The notes below the pieces were generated by a model. That model saw only the letters and a program-made list of their open reading frames with translations. It did not search any database and was not told the origin of the DNA. The translations under genes and the position numbers were made by a program. A DNA stretch of 64,000 bases. Origin: an uncultured Anaerolinea sp. GTDB taxonomy: Bacteria > Chloroflexota > Anaerolineae > Anaerolineales > Anaerolineaceae. Of the stretch, positions 38,142 through 47,178 are shown in pieces. Each line of letters starts with the position of its first letter. Position 1 is the first letter of the stretch. The stretch covers positions 92,775-156,774 of the forward strand of contig CAZQXI010000002.1 of NCBI GenBank assembly GCA_964597505.1. Direction: 5' to 3'.

Positions 38142-38747
38142 TTATTTGACGCCGCGGCCGATGGGTTCTTCAAAGGATTTGTGCCAATCGGTGGATAGTA
38201 CACCGTTCAAAAACAGCTCCACTGAAGGGTGATCGGCGATGTTATCGTAGTAATACGGAAGCAAAATCTTGCCGTTGGTTCCCACAATAAAAGTGCCTGA
38301 CATAAGCATGGCATCCTGGCCTTCGGGTGGGGTTTCCACTTTATAGCCTTTTTTCTGGGAAGCTTTGACTGCAGCCAACACTTTGAGATTCAAAAATGTT
38401 TGACGAAGGGTGCCGCGCTCCAACCCATAGGCGGCATAGGCTTTCTTTTCGGGATCCGCCAGGCAGAGCAAACCGGGGGCAAATTCACCGGCAAAAAGGG
38501 CAGTGGTTTCAGGTGTTCCCTGGGTAATGACCACGATAGAAAGCCCGGCAGCGGTGATGCGATCATGGGCGGCGACCAATTCGGCCAACATTTCTTTACA
38601 TTGGGTACAGCCAAAATGGCGGGTAAAGGCGATCACAAGGGGTTGTTTTGCCCAAAGGCTTGAAAGCTTAACTTCCTGTTTGTAAATGTCATGCAATATT
38701 AAATCAGGGGCAGCGGCATTAAAGTTGAGATGTTTTGTGGTCTTCAT
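38142..38747 (-). CDS. peroxiredoxin-like (AhpC/TSA_2, thioredoxin fold) protein with CxxC
   Basis: FTRHFGCTQCKE motif. Confidence 0.75.
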   Translation of the reverse strand: MKTTKHLNFNAAAPDLILHDIYKQEVKLSSLWAKQPLVIAFTRHFGCTQCKEMLAELVAAHDRITAAGLSIVVITQGTPETTALFAGEFAPGLLCLADPEKKAYAAYGLERGTLRQTFLNLKVLAAVKASQKKGYKVETPPEGQDAMLMSGTFIVGTNGKILLPYYYDNIADHPSVELFLNGVLSTDWHKSFEEPIGRGVK

Positions 38748-38969
38748 GTTTCTCCCAAATCAAATCTAAATTATCGTAGTTAAATAGTAACAGATTACAA
38801 CCATTATTGTTGCAAATGTACAAGGTTGGTAATATGTTTTTGGGATTCTTTTGTTTTTCGCGGCGAAATATACGAGGATCTTTAGTTCAAGTCAGTTAGT
38901 GCTGTTGGCCAGGTTGATGAGTTGGGTCATTTGAATAGCACCTATATTTTTTCAATCATGTATTCTTAA

Positions 38970-39008
38970 AGTAAAAAACGGATGGTGCTTTTTCAACACC
39001 ATCCGTTA
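38970..39008 (-). terminator. rho-independent terminator of the sigma-transporter operon
   Basis: aacggatggtg ctttttcaa caccatccgtt + TTTTTT on minus strand. Confidence 0.65.
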
Positions 39009-39019
39009 GTAGAACTCAT

Positions 39020-39919
39020 TTAGATCGTATCAATCGCTTGTCCGGCATTTTTCATCAGCCAAACGTAGCCGTCTTCCAGGCCGGGTTGGACGGGCTGCGC
39101 CTCCGGGTAATCCGCGGCGCTTTCGCCGACCATGCGGTACTGGGTGCCTTCCGCCAAGTGTAGCATGGAAACGATGGTCAGTCCGTGGTCGGGTTTTTCC
39201 ATGGCGGAGCTGGTCAAAGCCCAGACATGTCCGGCGGCGGCCTGGGTCAACTCAGCCGGGCTGCCGCGGAAGATGACCTGTCCGCGGGCGATGACGGCCA
39301 GATCGCGGCAGGTTTGCCCGATGTCTTCCACAATGTGGGTCGAAAGTAGCACGGTGCGGTTGGCGGCCAGATTCACCAACAGGTTGCGAAAGCGGATGCG
39401 TTCTTCGGGGTCGAGACCGGCGGTGGGTTCATCCACGATCAGCAGCTTGGGGTCGTTGACCAGCGCCTGGGCAATGCCCACCCGGCGTTTCATGCCGCCG
39501 GAAAATCCTTTGATCTTGCGGTTGGCGTTTTCGCTCAACCCGACCATGTTCAAAACAGTTTCAACACGTTCGCGGCGTTCAGAGGGATTTTCAAGGCCTT
39601 TCAAGATGGCCATGTAATCGACAAATTGTGCGGCGGTCAGCTCCGGGTACATGCCCAGTTCCTGCGGAAGGTAGCCGAGCATCTTCTTGACATCCATCTT
39701 GCCGGCTTCAGTGTTGACGTCAAAACCGCCGACATTCACCGATCCGCTGGAGGCGTTGACGATGCCCGCCAGGATGCGCATGAGAGTGGTCTTGCCTGCG
39801 CCGTTCGGTCCGAGCAGGCCAAACATACCCTGGCCGATGACCAGGTCCAGGCCGTTGAGGGCTTGAACAGTTTTGGCGCCGGCGCCGTAGGTTTTTGAGA
39901 GTGCGTTAATTTTGATCAT
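39020..39919 (-). CDS. ABC transporter ATP-binding protein (ABC-2 type)
   Basis: MIKINALSKTYG...GPNGAGKTT...LSGGMKRR...LLIVDEPT; RBS AGGA. Confidence 0.9.
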   Translation of the reverse strand: MIKINALSKTYGAGAKTVQALNGLDLVIGQGMFGLLGPNGAGKTTLMRILAGIVNASSGSVNVGGFDVNTEAGKMDVKKMLGYLPQELGMYPELTAAQFVDYMAILKGLENPSERRERVETVLNMVGLSENANRKIKGFSGGMKRRVGIAQALVNDPKLLIVDEPTAGLDPEERIRFRNLLVNLAANRTVLLSTHIVEDIGQTCRDLAVIARGQVIFRGSPAELTQAAAGHVWALTSSAMEKPDHGLTIVSMLHLAEGTQYRMVGESAADYPEAQPVQPGLEDGYVWLMKNAGQAIDTI

Positions 39920-39932
39920 GAGATATCCTTTT

Positions 39933-40604
39933 CTATATGTAGCGTTCCTGGCGGCGAAGCAGCGCCATGGAAGAGAGTAAAAGTGCAACTGATATCACAA
40001 AGAGTGATATATGATTTGCAATGCGGTCAGGATGGTCAGCCATCAAGGCACCCATAAAGACCAGGAAGTATTTGCCAAAGTTTTCGGCAAACCATCCGCG
40101 GGCGATCAGTTCCACCAGCCAGACCATGCCCACCATCAAAGCGCCGATGGTTGAATTGGCAGCCATCAGGGAGCAGGTGCAGCCGAGCATCATCAGCGAC
40201 AGGGTGGGGATTATCCAGGCTAATTGCACGGTCCAGATGCTCTGAAATTCTGTGAAATTCCCACCCAACAGGACGAAAATCAATTGAAAGAGCAGGGCAA
40301 GAACGGTTTGTGCGACAAAAATCAACCCAAGGCGCTCCAGCAGGGTTCGGGCTGCTGAAATCGGTGTGGCAAAGCGCAATTCCAGGGCGGGATCTTCAAG
40401 AACGGCATAAGCGCCCAGAATACCGCTCAAAAGAGGCAGCGCGGCTCCCAAATATATTTTGGAAAGATTCATAAACTGGGGGGTATTCATCATAATAAAA
40501 CACATCACGACGAATAAGCCAAAGAAAGCCAGGGGCAGGTAAAACTGGTCCAGTTTGTAGGTCATTAGTGTGTAACGCAGTGAAAAGCGTTTCATTGTAA
40601 TCAT
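39933..40604 (-). CDS. ABC-2 family transporter permease (membrane)
   Basis: Start set at ATG 40604 (MITMKRFSLRY...); 6 TM. Confidence 0.6.
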   Translation of the reverse strand: MITMKRFSLRYTLMTYKLDQFYLPLAFFGLFVVMCFIMMNTPQFMNLSKIYLGAALPLLSGILGAYAVLEDPALELRFATPISAARTLLERLGLIFVAQTVLALLFQLIFVLLGGNFTEFQSIWTVQLAWIIPTLSLMMLGCTCSLMAANSTIGALMVGMVWLVELIARGWFAENFGKYFLVFMGALMADHPDRIANHISLFVISVALLLSSMALLRRQERYI

Positions 40605-40605
40605 C

Positions 40606-41391
40606 CTAAGCGCGACGGGTTTGTCTGCGCAATAACAGAGTTGTGACCACCAGAACGACGACGATAATGGAAAACAGGATAACCAGGTTCCAGATCGCCT
40701 GCGTGGTGGTGATAACAGGTTGGTTGAATTTGGAGAAGAACTCGGGATACCCGTGGAAAAAACCATATTGTGCGTATTTGCCAGAGGGAACCAGCAGAGT
40801 TCCGCTGATGGTGGGGAAGACATCCGGGCTCAAGTAGTTACCCCAGAACCAGTAGCCGACAAAGAGCACTTGATAGACCCGCACAGGCATGAAAAGTGGA
40901 CAGGCAATTGAGAAAGCCACCACGAAGGCAAAGGCAGTGCCGCCCATGACAAGGAAGACCACCGGCATGACAGCAAGAAAGAGCGGTGAAACACCCCTGG
41001 CCACATAGTAACCGGCATAGGCCATGACATAAATAAACATGGGGGCAATTACGGCAGCCCAAACACCGATGTATTTAGCCAAAAGGTAGGTGAATTGGCC
41101 GATGGGTGAACTGCTCTGCAGTTCACGCACGCCCAGGCGGTAATCGCGCTGCAGGCGGTCCGCGGCCAAAATTCCGCCGAGGAGAACCATGAACATGTTG
41201 GTGTAAAACATGATCATGGCTGCGTGCTGCCACATTTCGGTGGTGTTAGCGGGCAAGCCTTCACCCACTTCAGATGGGGCAAAAACCGTGATGGAATAAA
41301 ACACATAGAGTACAGCGTATGCGATCCACATGCCAGGCCGTTTGACGGCCATTTTGAATTCGTGGCGCATGACGCCAAAAAATTGAGACAT
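40606..41391 (-). CDS. ABC-2 family transporter permease (membrane)
   Basis: 261 aa, 6 TM. Confidence 0.6.
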   Translation of the reverse strand: MSQFFGVMRHEFKMAVKRPGMWIAYAVLYVFYSITVFAPSEVGEGLPANTTEMWQHAAMIMFYTNMFMVLLGGILAADRLQRDYRLGVRELQSSSPIGQFTYLLAKYIGVWAAVIAPMFIYVMAYAGYYVARGVSPLFLAVMPVVFLVMGGTAFAFVVAFSIACPLFMPVRVYQVLFVGYWFWGNYLSPDVFPTISGTLLVPSGKYAQYGFFHGYPEFFSKFNQPVITTTQAIWNLVILFSIIVVVLVVTTLLLRRQTRRA

Positions 41392-41428
41392 AGTTCCTCC
41401 AAAGACCCGAAGGTCTCACATGTGTAAA

Positions 41429-42319
41429 TTATTGAGTGGATGAAGACAGGCGCATGGCTGGCTGGTTGGCTGACCACAAAGCGACCAGCGCCAGCAAGAA
41501 CGCCAAACCAACCAGGAGCAGCGGTTCATGCCAGAAGTTTTTGTAAGCCGTTAAAAAGCTGCTCCAAACTGGCGAGGGCATCCAGATGCTGATGGATTTG
41601 AAGGAGATGTATTGAGCCAGCCATAGACCATAAGTCACGGCAATGGCGACGCCGGTTCCCCACCAAACGGAAAGCAGAAGGGCCAATGACGAGAGAAATG
41701 CCAACGGACCGATCCAACCGAGGATGATGCCGCCCAGCATTTCAGGCTTGACAAAGAGCAGCAGCCCCAATGATGCCACCAGACCCAAAAGCAGGTTGTA
41801 ACAAGACATGATGCTCATGCGCGCCAGCAGGATCTTCCAGGGGGAGGTGGCGGTGGAGCGGGTTAGTTCATTGGCCGGGTCGTGATCCGGGCCGTAAAGC
41901 ATGGCCAGGGTGGAGGCTGCCATCATGGGTGATAGCAGATAGATCACCATATCCCTTTTGGCAATCACGGCCACCAGCACGCCGATCAACATCACCAGGG
42001 CAGAAACAGGCCACAACTCGGATTGGACCAGGTAAGTTTGTGCTTTTAAAAGCTGCCAGGATTGACGCACGGCAGAGGCCAGGGGATTGGGGGCATGAAT
42101 GCGTTTGAACGCATTAGCAGGGATCTCCGCAGGCAGGGATATGGTTTCGTTGGAGGTTTTGATCTCGACAGAAACAGCTTTCCACATAACCAACTCGGTT
42201 TGGCATTCAGGGCAGCCGTTCAAGTGTGCATCCATCTCGCGTTTCTGTTGAGGGCTGCAGCCCCCGGCAGCGTAGAAAGGCAGCAGTTCTTCAAATTCAG
42301 TATGGTCTTTCATCGCCAT
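41429..42319 (-). CDS. anti-sigma factor: N-terminal zf-HC2 (…H..C..C) domain fused to multi-pass membrane domain
   Basis: MAMKDHTEFEELLPFYAAGGCSPQQKREMDAHLNGCPECQ; start overlaps the sigma stop (ATGGCGATGA); 6-8 TM helices follow. Confidence 0.65.
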   Translation of the reverse strand: MAMKDHTEFEELLPFYAAGGCSPQQKREMDAHLNGCPECQTELVMWKAVSVEIKTSNETISLPAEIPANAFKRIHAPNPLASAVRQSWQLLKAQTYLVQSELWPVSALVMLIGVLVAVIAKRDMVIYLLSPMMAASTLAMLYGPDHDPANELTRSTATSPWKILLARMSIMSCYNLLLGLVASLGLLLFVKPEMLGGIILGWIGPLAFLSSLALLLSVWWGTGVAIAVTYGLWLAQYISFKSISIWMPSPVWSSFLTAYKNFWHEPLLLVGLAFLLALVALWSANQPAMRLSSSTQ

Positions 42320-42867
42320 TCCTCCGCGTTTTGTCTGATCAAGATGCCTTTGAGATGCTGTCTGGCATATGACAGCCTGCTTTTTACCGTCCCGATCGGG
42401 ATCTGACACACCCGCGAGATTTCTTCAAGACTCAGCCCCTGGTAGAAAACCAGTTCAAGTACCGCTCGGTGTTCAGGGTCGAGAGATTCAAGCCCCTGCC
42501 GCACCCATTCACCCTGCTGGTTGCGCTGGGTTTGTTTTTCAGGCGGAAGCGAATTGGAAGGCAGAGTGTCTTCCATTTCGTCCGAGATGGGGATGGAGGG
42601 GCGGCGCATGGCATTCATGGCTGTGTGATGGACGATGCCCAGCAGCCAGGCGATGAAGCGTCCTTCACCGCGATAGCGGCCGGCGGTGCGCCAAACCACG
42701 ACCAGCACATCCTGCACCACATCTTCAGCCTTGGCCTGATCATTGGTGAGGCGCAGGGCGTACGCAAAAAGCCGCTTCCCATATTCCGCAAACAACTCGT
42801 GAAGCGCGGTTTCGTCCCCGGCGGCCAGCCTTTTGGCCAGGGTTTCGTCATTGCTGGGTTCAGCCAT
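42310..42867 (-). CDS. RNA polymerase sigma-70 factor, ECF subfamily
   Basis: Region 2 (…YAYALRLTNDQAKAEDVVQDVLVVVW) and region 4 (LSLEEISRVCQIPIGTVKSRLSYARQHL). Confidence 0.9.
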   Translation of the reverse strand: MAEPSNDETLAKRLAAGDETALHELFAEYGKRLFAYALRLTNDQAKAEDVVQDVLVVVWRTAGRYRGEGRFIAWLLGIVHHTAMNAMRRPSIPISDEMEDTLPSNSLPPEKQTQRNQQGEWVRQGLESLDPEHRAVLELVFYQGLSLEEISRVCQIPIGTVKSRLSYARQHLKGILIRQNAEEWR

Positions 42868-42979
42868 TGCGATGGTCCATTTCCTTTTTTGTGCCAGTGT
42901 GTTGGTTATCATGGTCTGCCTCAACCTGTATCTTCAAGTATGTAGCAGAGCATGTGAAAAGGTTCAAAAGAGAAGTGCC

Positions 42980-43046
42980 GAGAGCTGAGAGTAGAGAATA
43001 GTGAATAGTTTTTAGTGATTAGTAATTAGTAATCAGTGAGTAGGAA
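42980..43046. repeat. about 9 tandem degenerate heptamer repeats (GWRAWTA)
   Basis: gagagct gagagta gagaata gtgaata gttttta gtgatta gtaatta gtaatca gtgagta. Confidence 0.45.
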
Positions 43047-43063
43047 TTTATTGGGTTCACAAA

Positions 43064-43708
43064 CTATAAGAATTGATCAGGATTGACGTTGATCATCAGA
43101 CAAAGACGGGTAAAGGGGGCGAGGCGTTTATCACGGTCGGGTTCGTTAAATTCATAGACGATCTTCTGATTAACATCGAACTCAATATGGGTAACGTTAT
43201 AAAGGAACAACGCCATGGCAGCACAGTGGACGCGGATGCTGTCGTTGCCGTTCAGACAGCACCAGAGTACGATGTTTTTGATAGCCTCGGAGGGGTAATC
43301 TCTGGCAAGGGCGAGGGCAAGAGACATTCCTTCACCTATTTTGGTGAGCGGCAGGGTGGCTGCCACCACCTGATCCACCCGGTCGAGGGTGTTCATTTCT
43401 TTCAGGCAGCGCACGGCAAAAAGCCGGCAGTCATAATTGGGGCTTTCGAGTGCTTTTTTTAAGGCCTGGATGGCGGCGGGGGTGCCCAAGGCGGCCAGGG
43501 CTTCGATGTCGCGCCAGTCTTCATCCTTGCGGGAGACATGCAAAGCTTCAATGTATTTTAATTCCTCAGGGGAAAACTGCTTGAGCGCTTCGAGATCGTA
43601 GCTGATGCCGTCATGCCATTCGATGTAGCCGATCTTCATGCTTTGCAGGTAACGCTCCATGGCCGGGCTGGAGGGTTCAGAGGGGCGAGTGTTGTTATAA
43701 ATCCACAT
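43064..43708 (-). CDS. hypothetical all-alpha (HEAT/ARM-like) protein
   Basis: 214 aa ORF; repeat-helical composition. Confidence 0.4.
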   Translation of the reverse strand: MWIYNNTRPSEPSSPAMERYLQSMKIGYIEWHDGISYDLEALKQFSPEELKYIEALHVSRKDEDWRDIEALAALGTPAAIQALKKALESPNYDCRLFAVRCLKEMNTLDRVDQVVAATLPLTKIGEGMSLALALARDYPSEAIKNIVLWCCLNGNDSIRVHCAAMALFLYNVTHIEFDVNQKIVYEFNEPDRDKRLAPFTRLCLMINVNPDQFL

Positions 43709-43720
43709 GGTTGATAATTT

Positions 43721-44626
43721 CTATTGTAATAATCCCATGGTGAGGAAGGAAAAAATGACGATGTCGCTGAGCAGGTGAATCCACCATGACCAGAAGAGGC
43801 CGCGGGTTTCGAGCATGGCCTTACTCAGGATCCAGCCCATGAAGACCGAAGCCAGCGCACCCAAAATCCCGCTGGGGACGCCGAAATAATGCGAAATGCC
43901 AAAGAAATAGGCTGCCATCCAAAGGGCGTTCAGGCTACCGGTTAGGGGTTCAAGGGTGGCCAGCATGGGCGCGCGGAAGATCATTTCTTCATTGAAGGCA
44001 TTCAAGGCAGCATAAAAAATGATGGAAGGCAGGATGGGCAGCATTTTAACAAACAAGCTGGCTGACGGTCTCATTCCGAGGTAAAGGACAACGCCCAACC
44101 CGGCGGCGATGCAGAATGACCAGAGCAAGCCAAACTTCGTCCACGGCTCGGATTTGGGGAACCCCAACAGCTTGACCGGGGTGATCGGTGCTTTGAGATT
44201 TCCGCGTGTCAAGAAGAAATCCTTACGCTTATATCCCAGGGCAAACAGGATCAAAATCATAACCACGGCCACCGCCAGCTTGCCGGTTTGTTCAGCCTGC
44301 ATGCGCTGATCAAAGACATTTGCTCCGAACAGATTCTGCAGAAATGGCAGGTTGAAATTGAAGTGTGGACGCAGTTCCAACAGGGCAAAAAAGGCGATCA
44401 TTACCGTGATAAAGTTCAGCAGGGGTCTGAAGGGTTTAAAGCGCAAAGCGGCAAAACCCATGCCAGCCAGAACACCCAATTTGGCGTATACCATCCAGGC
44501 AGGCACCGCACCGGTGATCTCTGAAAAAACGATGTCAGGAAGGGCACTGACCAGGGCAGTCACGATCCATGCAAGGATGATGAGGCTGCGGTCACTTTTG
44601 GTATGGTTGGAGGCGGCAGTGGACAT
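43721..44626 (-). CDS. CPBP-family intramembrane metalloprotease (CAAX protease/Abi)
   Basis: FNEEMIFRAPM (EExxxR) and FFGISHYF (FxxxH) motifs, 8 TM. Confidence 0.85.
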   Translation of the reverse strand: MSTAASNHTKSDRSLIILAWIVTALVSALPDIVFSEITGAVPAWMVYAKLGVLAGMGFAALRFKPFRPLLNFITVMIAFFALLELRPHFNFNLPFLQNLFGANVFDQRMQAEQTGKLAVAVVMILILFALGYKRKDFFLTRGNLKAPITPVKLLGFPKSEPWTKFGLLWSFCIAAGLGVVLYLGMRPSASLFVKMLPILPSIIFYAALNAFNEEMIFRAPMLATLEPLTGSLNALWMAAYFFGISHYFGVPSGILGALASVFMGWILSKAMLETRGLFWSWWIHLLSDIVIFSFLTMGLLQ

Positions 44627-44656
44627 ATAAATTTCCTATTCTTGATCGATTTTGAT

Positions 44657-45154
44657 TTACCAAACCCAAAAATGGTAACTGGCCAGGGTGGGTTTAAGTG
44701 GTTTTATTTCAGCCCAAATCTTGGTTTGTTGGTCAGCAAAGTTGAGCACTTCCGCTCTTTTGTTAAAAATGGCTGGCTGCCCTTCTGTATAGTAATACGC
44801 TGTTTCCACATTTTCACAAGGCAGGGCGTTTAGCAGTTTTTGTAAATTTTCAGTCATTTGATACCGATAATAGAAATTGATTTCAGCGGTGCGCCAGTCA
44901 CTCCCTTTCTCCGCATCAATTTGACGACCGAAATAGACCTGGAACAGATCGGGATCAATTTTTGATGTGATCCCGTCATTGATATTTGCGAGGCTGAAGC
45001 TGAATCCAAATTCCTCGTTTTCACTGCCTTCAGGCAGTAAGGTTAGAAAGTCCTTAAAATAGGTCCAGGCCTGACTGCACTCCACAATCGACTGGAGCGG
45101 ATCGGGTTGAATGGCATTGTTGTAGGTTTTCTTTAATTCGCCAATATTCATCAA
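44657..45154 (-). CDS. hypothetical protein
   Basis: 165 aa ORF, no family recognised. Confidence 0.45.
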   Translation of the reverse strand: MMNIGELKKTYNNAIQPDPLQSIVECSQAWTYFKDFLTLLPEGSENEEFGFSFSLANINDGITSKIDPDLFQVYFGRQIDAEKGSDWRTAEINFYYRYQMTENLQKLLNALPCENVETAYYYTEGQPAIFNKRAEVLNFADQQTKIWAEIKPLKPTLASYHFWVW

Positions 45155-45162
45155 TAATTATT

Positions 45163-45987
45163 TTACCCGAGGGTGAATTTCTCGAGAATTGAAAAGAGCC
45201 ATTGGGCTGGCAAGATCGAACGAAGAAAATTTACCAACCGGGCGTCAGCACCCACGGGGTAGCGCAGCCGGCGGCTGCCATCCGTAGCAGCGCGGAAGAT
45301 GGCTTTGGCTACCACCACCGGCTCGGACCCAGAAGCCATGCCGCCCTCACCCAAAGATTTTTGCGCGCGGTGCAGGATATCGGCATACGGGTCGTTTTCG
45401 ACTACACTTTCACTGCGGTCCAGCGAGCGGTCGTAGAAGTCCGTTTTAATCACACCGGGTTCGATGGTTTTCACACGGATGTTGTGGGATTTTAATTCGT
45501 ATTGCAGGGCTTCAGAATAGCCTTCAACTGCCCACTTGGTGCTGTTATAGATGGAGTAAAGCGGGAAGCCGAGTCTTCCGCCCATGGAAGTGATGTTGAT
45601 GATCAAGCCCTCCTGCTGGGCGCGGAAGACCGGCAGCACGGCGCGGGTCATTTCCATCAGGCCAAAAACGTTGGTTTCAAATTGTTTTTTGACCTGTTCA
45701 GGGGTGGATGCTTCAAAGGGTCCATAGACTGCATAACCGGCATTGTTAACCAATACATCAATTTTTTGATATTTATCAACTGCATATTTTATGGCAGCCT
45801 GGATGGAAGCGCCTTCGGTTACATCCAGGTGAACCAGATCGGGCAGCCCTTTTTCGTGCAGCAGGGTCTGGCGTTTTTCAGGGCTGCGCATGCTGGCGAT
45901 CACGTTCCAGCCCTGTTCAAAGAAGTACAAAGCAGTATGAAGCCCAATCCCGCTGGATGCCCCGGTGATAAATACAGTTTTTATCAT
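45163..45987 (-). CDS. SDR-family short-chain dehydrogenase/reductase
   Basis: TGASSGIG, NNAG, YSIYNSTK motifs. Confidence 0.9.
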   Translation of the reverse strand: MIKTVFITGASSGIGLHTALYFFEQGWNVIASMRSPEKRQTLLHEKGLPDLVHLDVTEGASIQAAIKYAVDKYQKIDVLVNNAGYAVYGPFEASTPEQVKKQFETNVFGLMEMTRAVLPVFRAQQEGLIINITSMGGRLGFPLYSIYNSTKWAVEGYSEALQYELKSHNIRVKTIEPGVIKTDFYDRSLDRSESVVENDPYADILHRAQKSLGEGGMASGSEPVVVAKAIFRAATDGSRRLRYPVGADARLVNFLRSILPAQWLFSILEKFTLG

Positions 45988-46026
45988 ATTCACTTCTTTT
46001 CGTTTCAAAAAAAACAGATCAGATCG

Positions 46027-47178
46027 TTATGCGCGTTTAAGCCTCAGTTTATTGAACAACCACACGCCGATCCCAAAATAGAGCGCGGACAAAATCAACA
46101 GTACACACAATTCGTATACGACATCTTTTAAGCCTGCGCCCAGGGTGAGAACCTTGTTAAGGGCGACGATGGCATGGGTGGGTGGCAGAAAATCAAACAT
46201 GCCGATGGTGCGGCCGGCAACAGTGAATAACGGCATGGGCGGGATGGGAAAGACCGCGCCGGTGAAAAACATCAGAAAGATGAGCGGAAAGTTGGAATAA
46301 ATAAAGGCTTCGCTAACGGTGCGCGCCAGGCAGGCGATCACGAGGCCGATGCCCACGATGGAAAAACTGGTGACCGCGCCTATTAATATGGCTACCCATA
46401 AAGACCCCTGACTGCTGAATCCCAACAAGCTGGCGGTGAGAAAGGTGACAAGTACGCAGGCGATACCGATGAGCACCTGGGTGAGGCTGATGCCACCGAG
46501 CAGGTCAAAGGCGGTCATTTTGGTCATTTGCAGGCGGCGCAGGGTGCCGTTCTCGACCTCACGGGTGATGGTCATGGCGACCTGGAAGATCAACATGACC
46601 ACGGCCAGGATGAGCAGCGCCGGTACATACATTTCAAACTCTGTGCGTGCGCCAGATCCACCGAGTGGAATTTCATTGAGGACAACTGGTGGGGTTTGAC
46701 CAATCATTTCTTTCACATATTCGTCTACAGCGGAAACCGCCATGATCGAAACCAACGGGTAATACGGGTTGGTCAGGTCACCAATGATGGTCAATTTAAC
46801 CGGTTCCACGCTCTGTCCGGATTCGGCAGACCGAAGAGTGGATGAGAAATCCTCTGGGAAGATAAGCAATGCAGTCGCTTCACGATTACGCAATTTGGTT
46901 TCGGCTGCGGTTTGATCTTCGATCAAAGTTACTTTGAGAATAGGCTGATCGTCGGCGTAACTGAGCTGCTGTATTTTTTCGATCACTGCAGTGCTGACAG
47001 AAGCAGCGGCTTGATCGTCACGATTGATGACCAAAACGCGGTAGGTGGTCGAACCGCCGCCGGTGATCATCCAATAAAGTAGAACAAAAACAGGAGCAAT
47101 GCTGATGGAAAGCACCAAAAGCCAATAACTGCGAAGCTGTTCGCGCATACTTTTAAGGAAAACCCTGATAAGTCTCAT
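46027..47178 (-). CDS. ABC-2 type transporter permease
   Basis: N-terminal TM + extracytoplasmic domain + 5 TM; ATGA overlap with upstream ATPase. Confidence 0.85.
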   Translation of the reverse strand: MRLIRVFLKSMREQLRSYWLLVLSISIAPVFVLLYWMITGGGSTTYRVLVINRDDQAAASVSTAVIEKIQQLSYADDQPILKVTLIEDQTAAETKLRNREATALLIFPEDFSSTLRSAESGQSVEPVKLTIIGDLTNPYYPLVSIMAVSAVDEYVKEMIGQTPPVVLNEIPLGGSGARTEFEMYVPALLILAVVMLIFQVAMTITREVENGTLRRLQMTKMTAFDLLGGISLTQVLIGIACVLVTFLTASLLGFSSQGSLWVAILIGAVTSFSIVGIGLVIACLARTVSEAFIYSNFPLIFLMFFTGAVFPIPPMPLFTVAGRTIGMFDFLPPTHAIVALNKVLTLGAGLKDVVYELCVLLILSALYFGIGVWLFNKLRLKRA

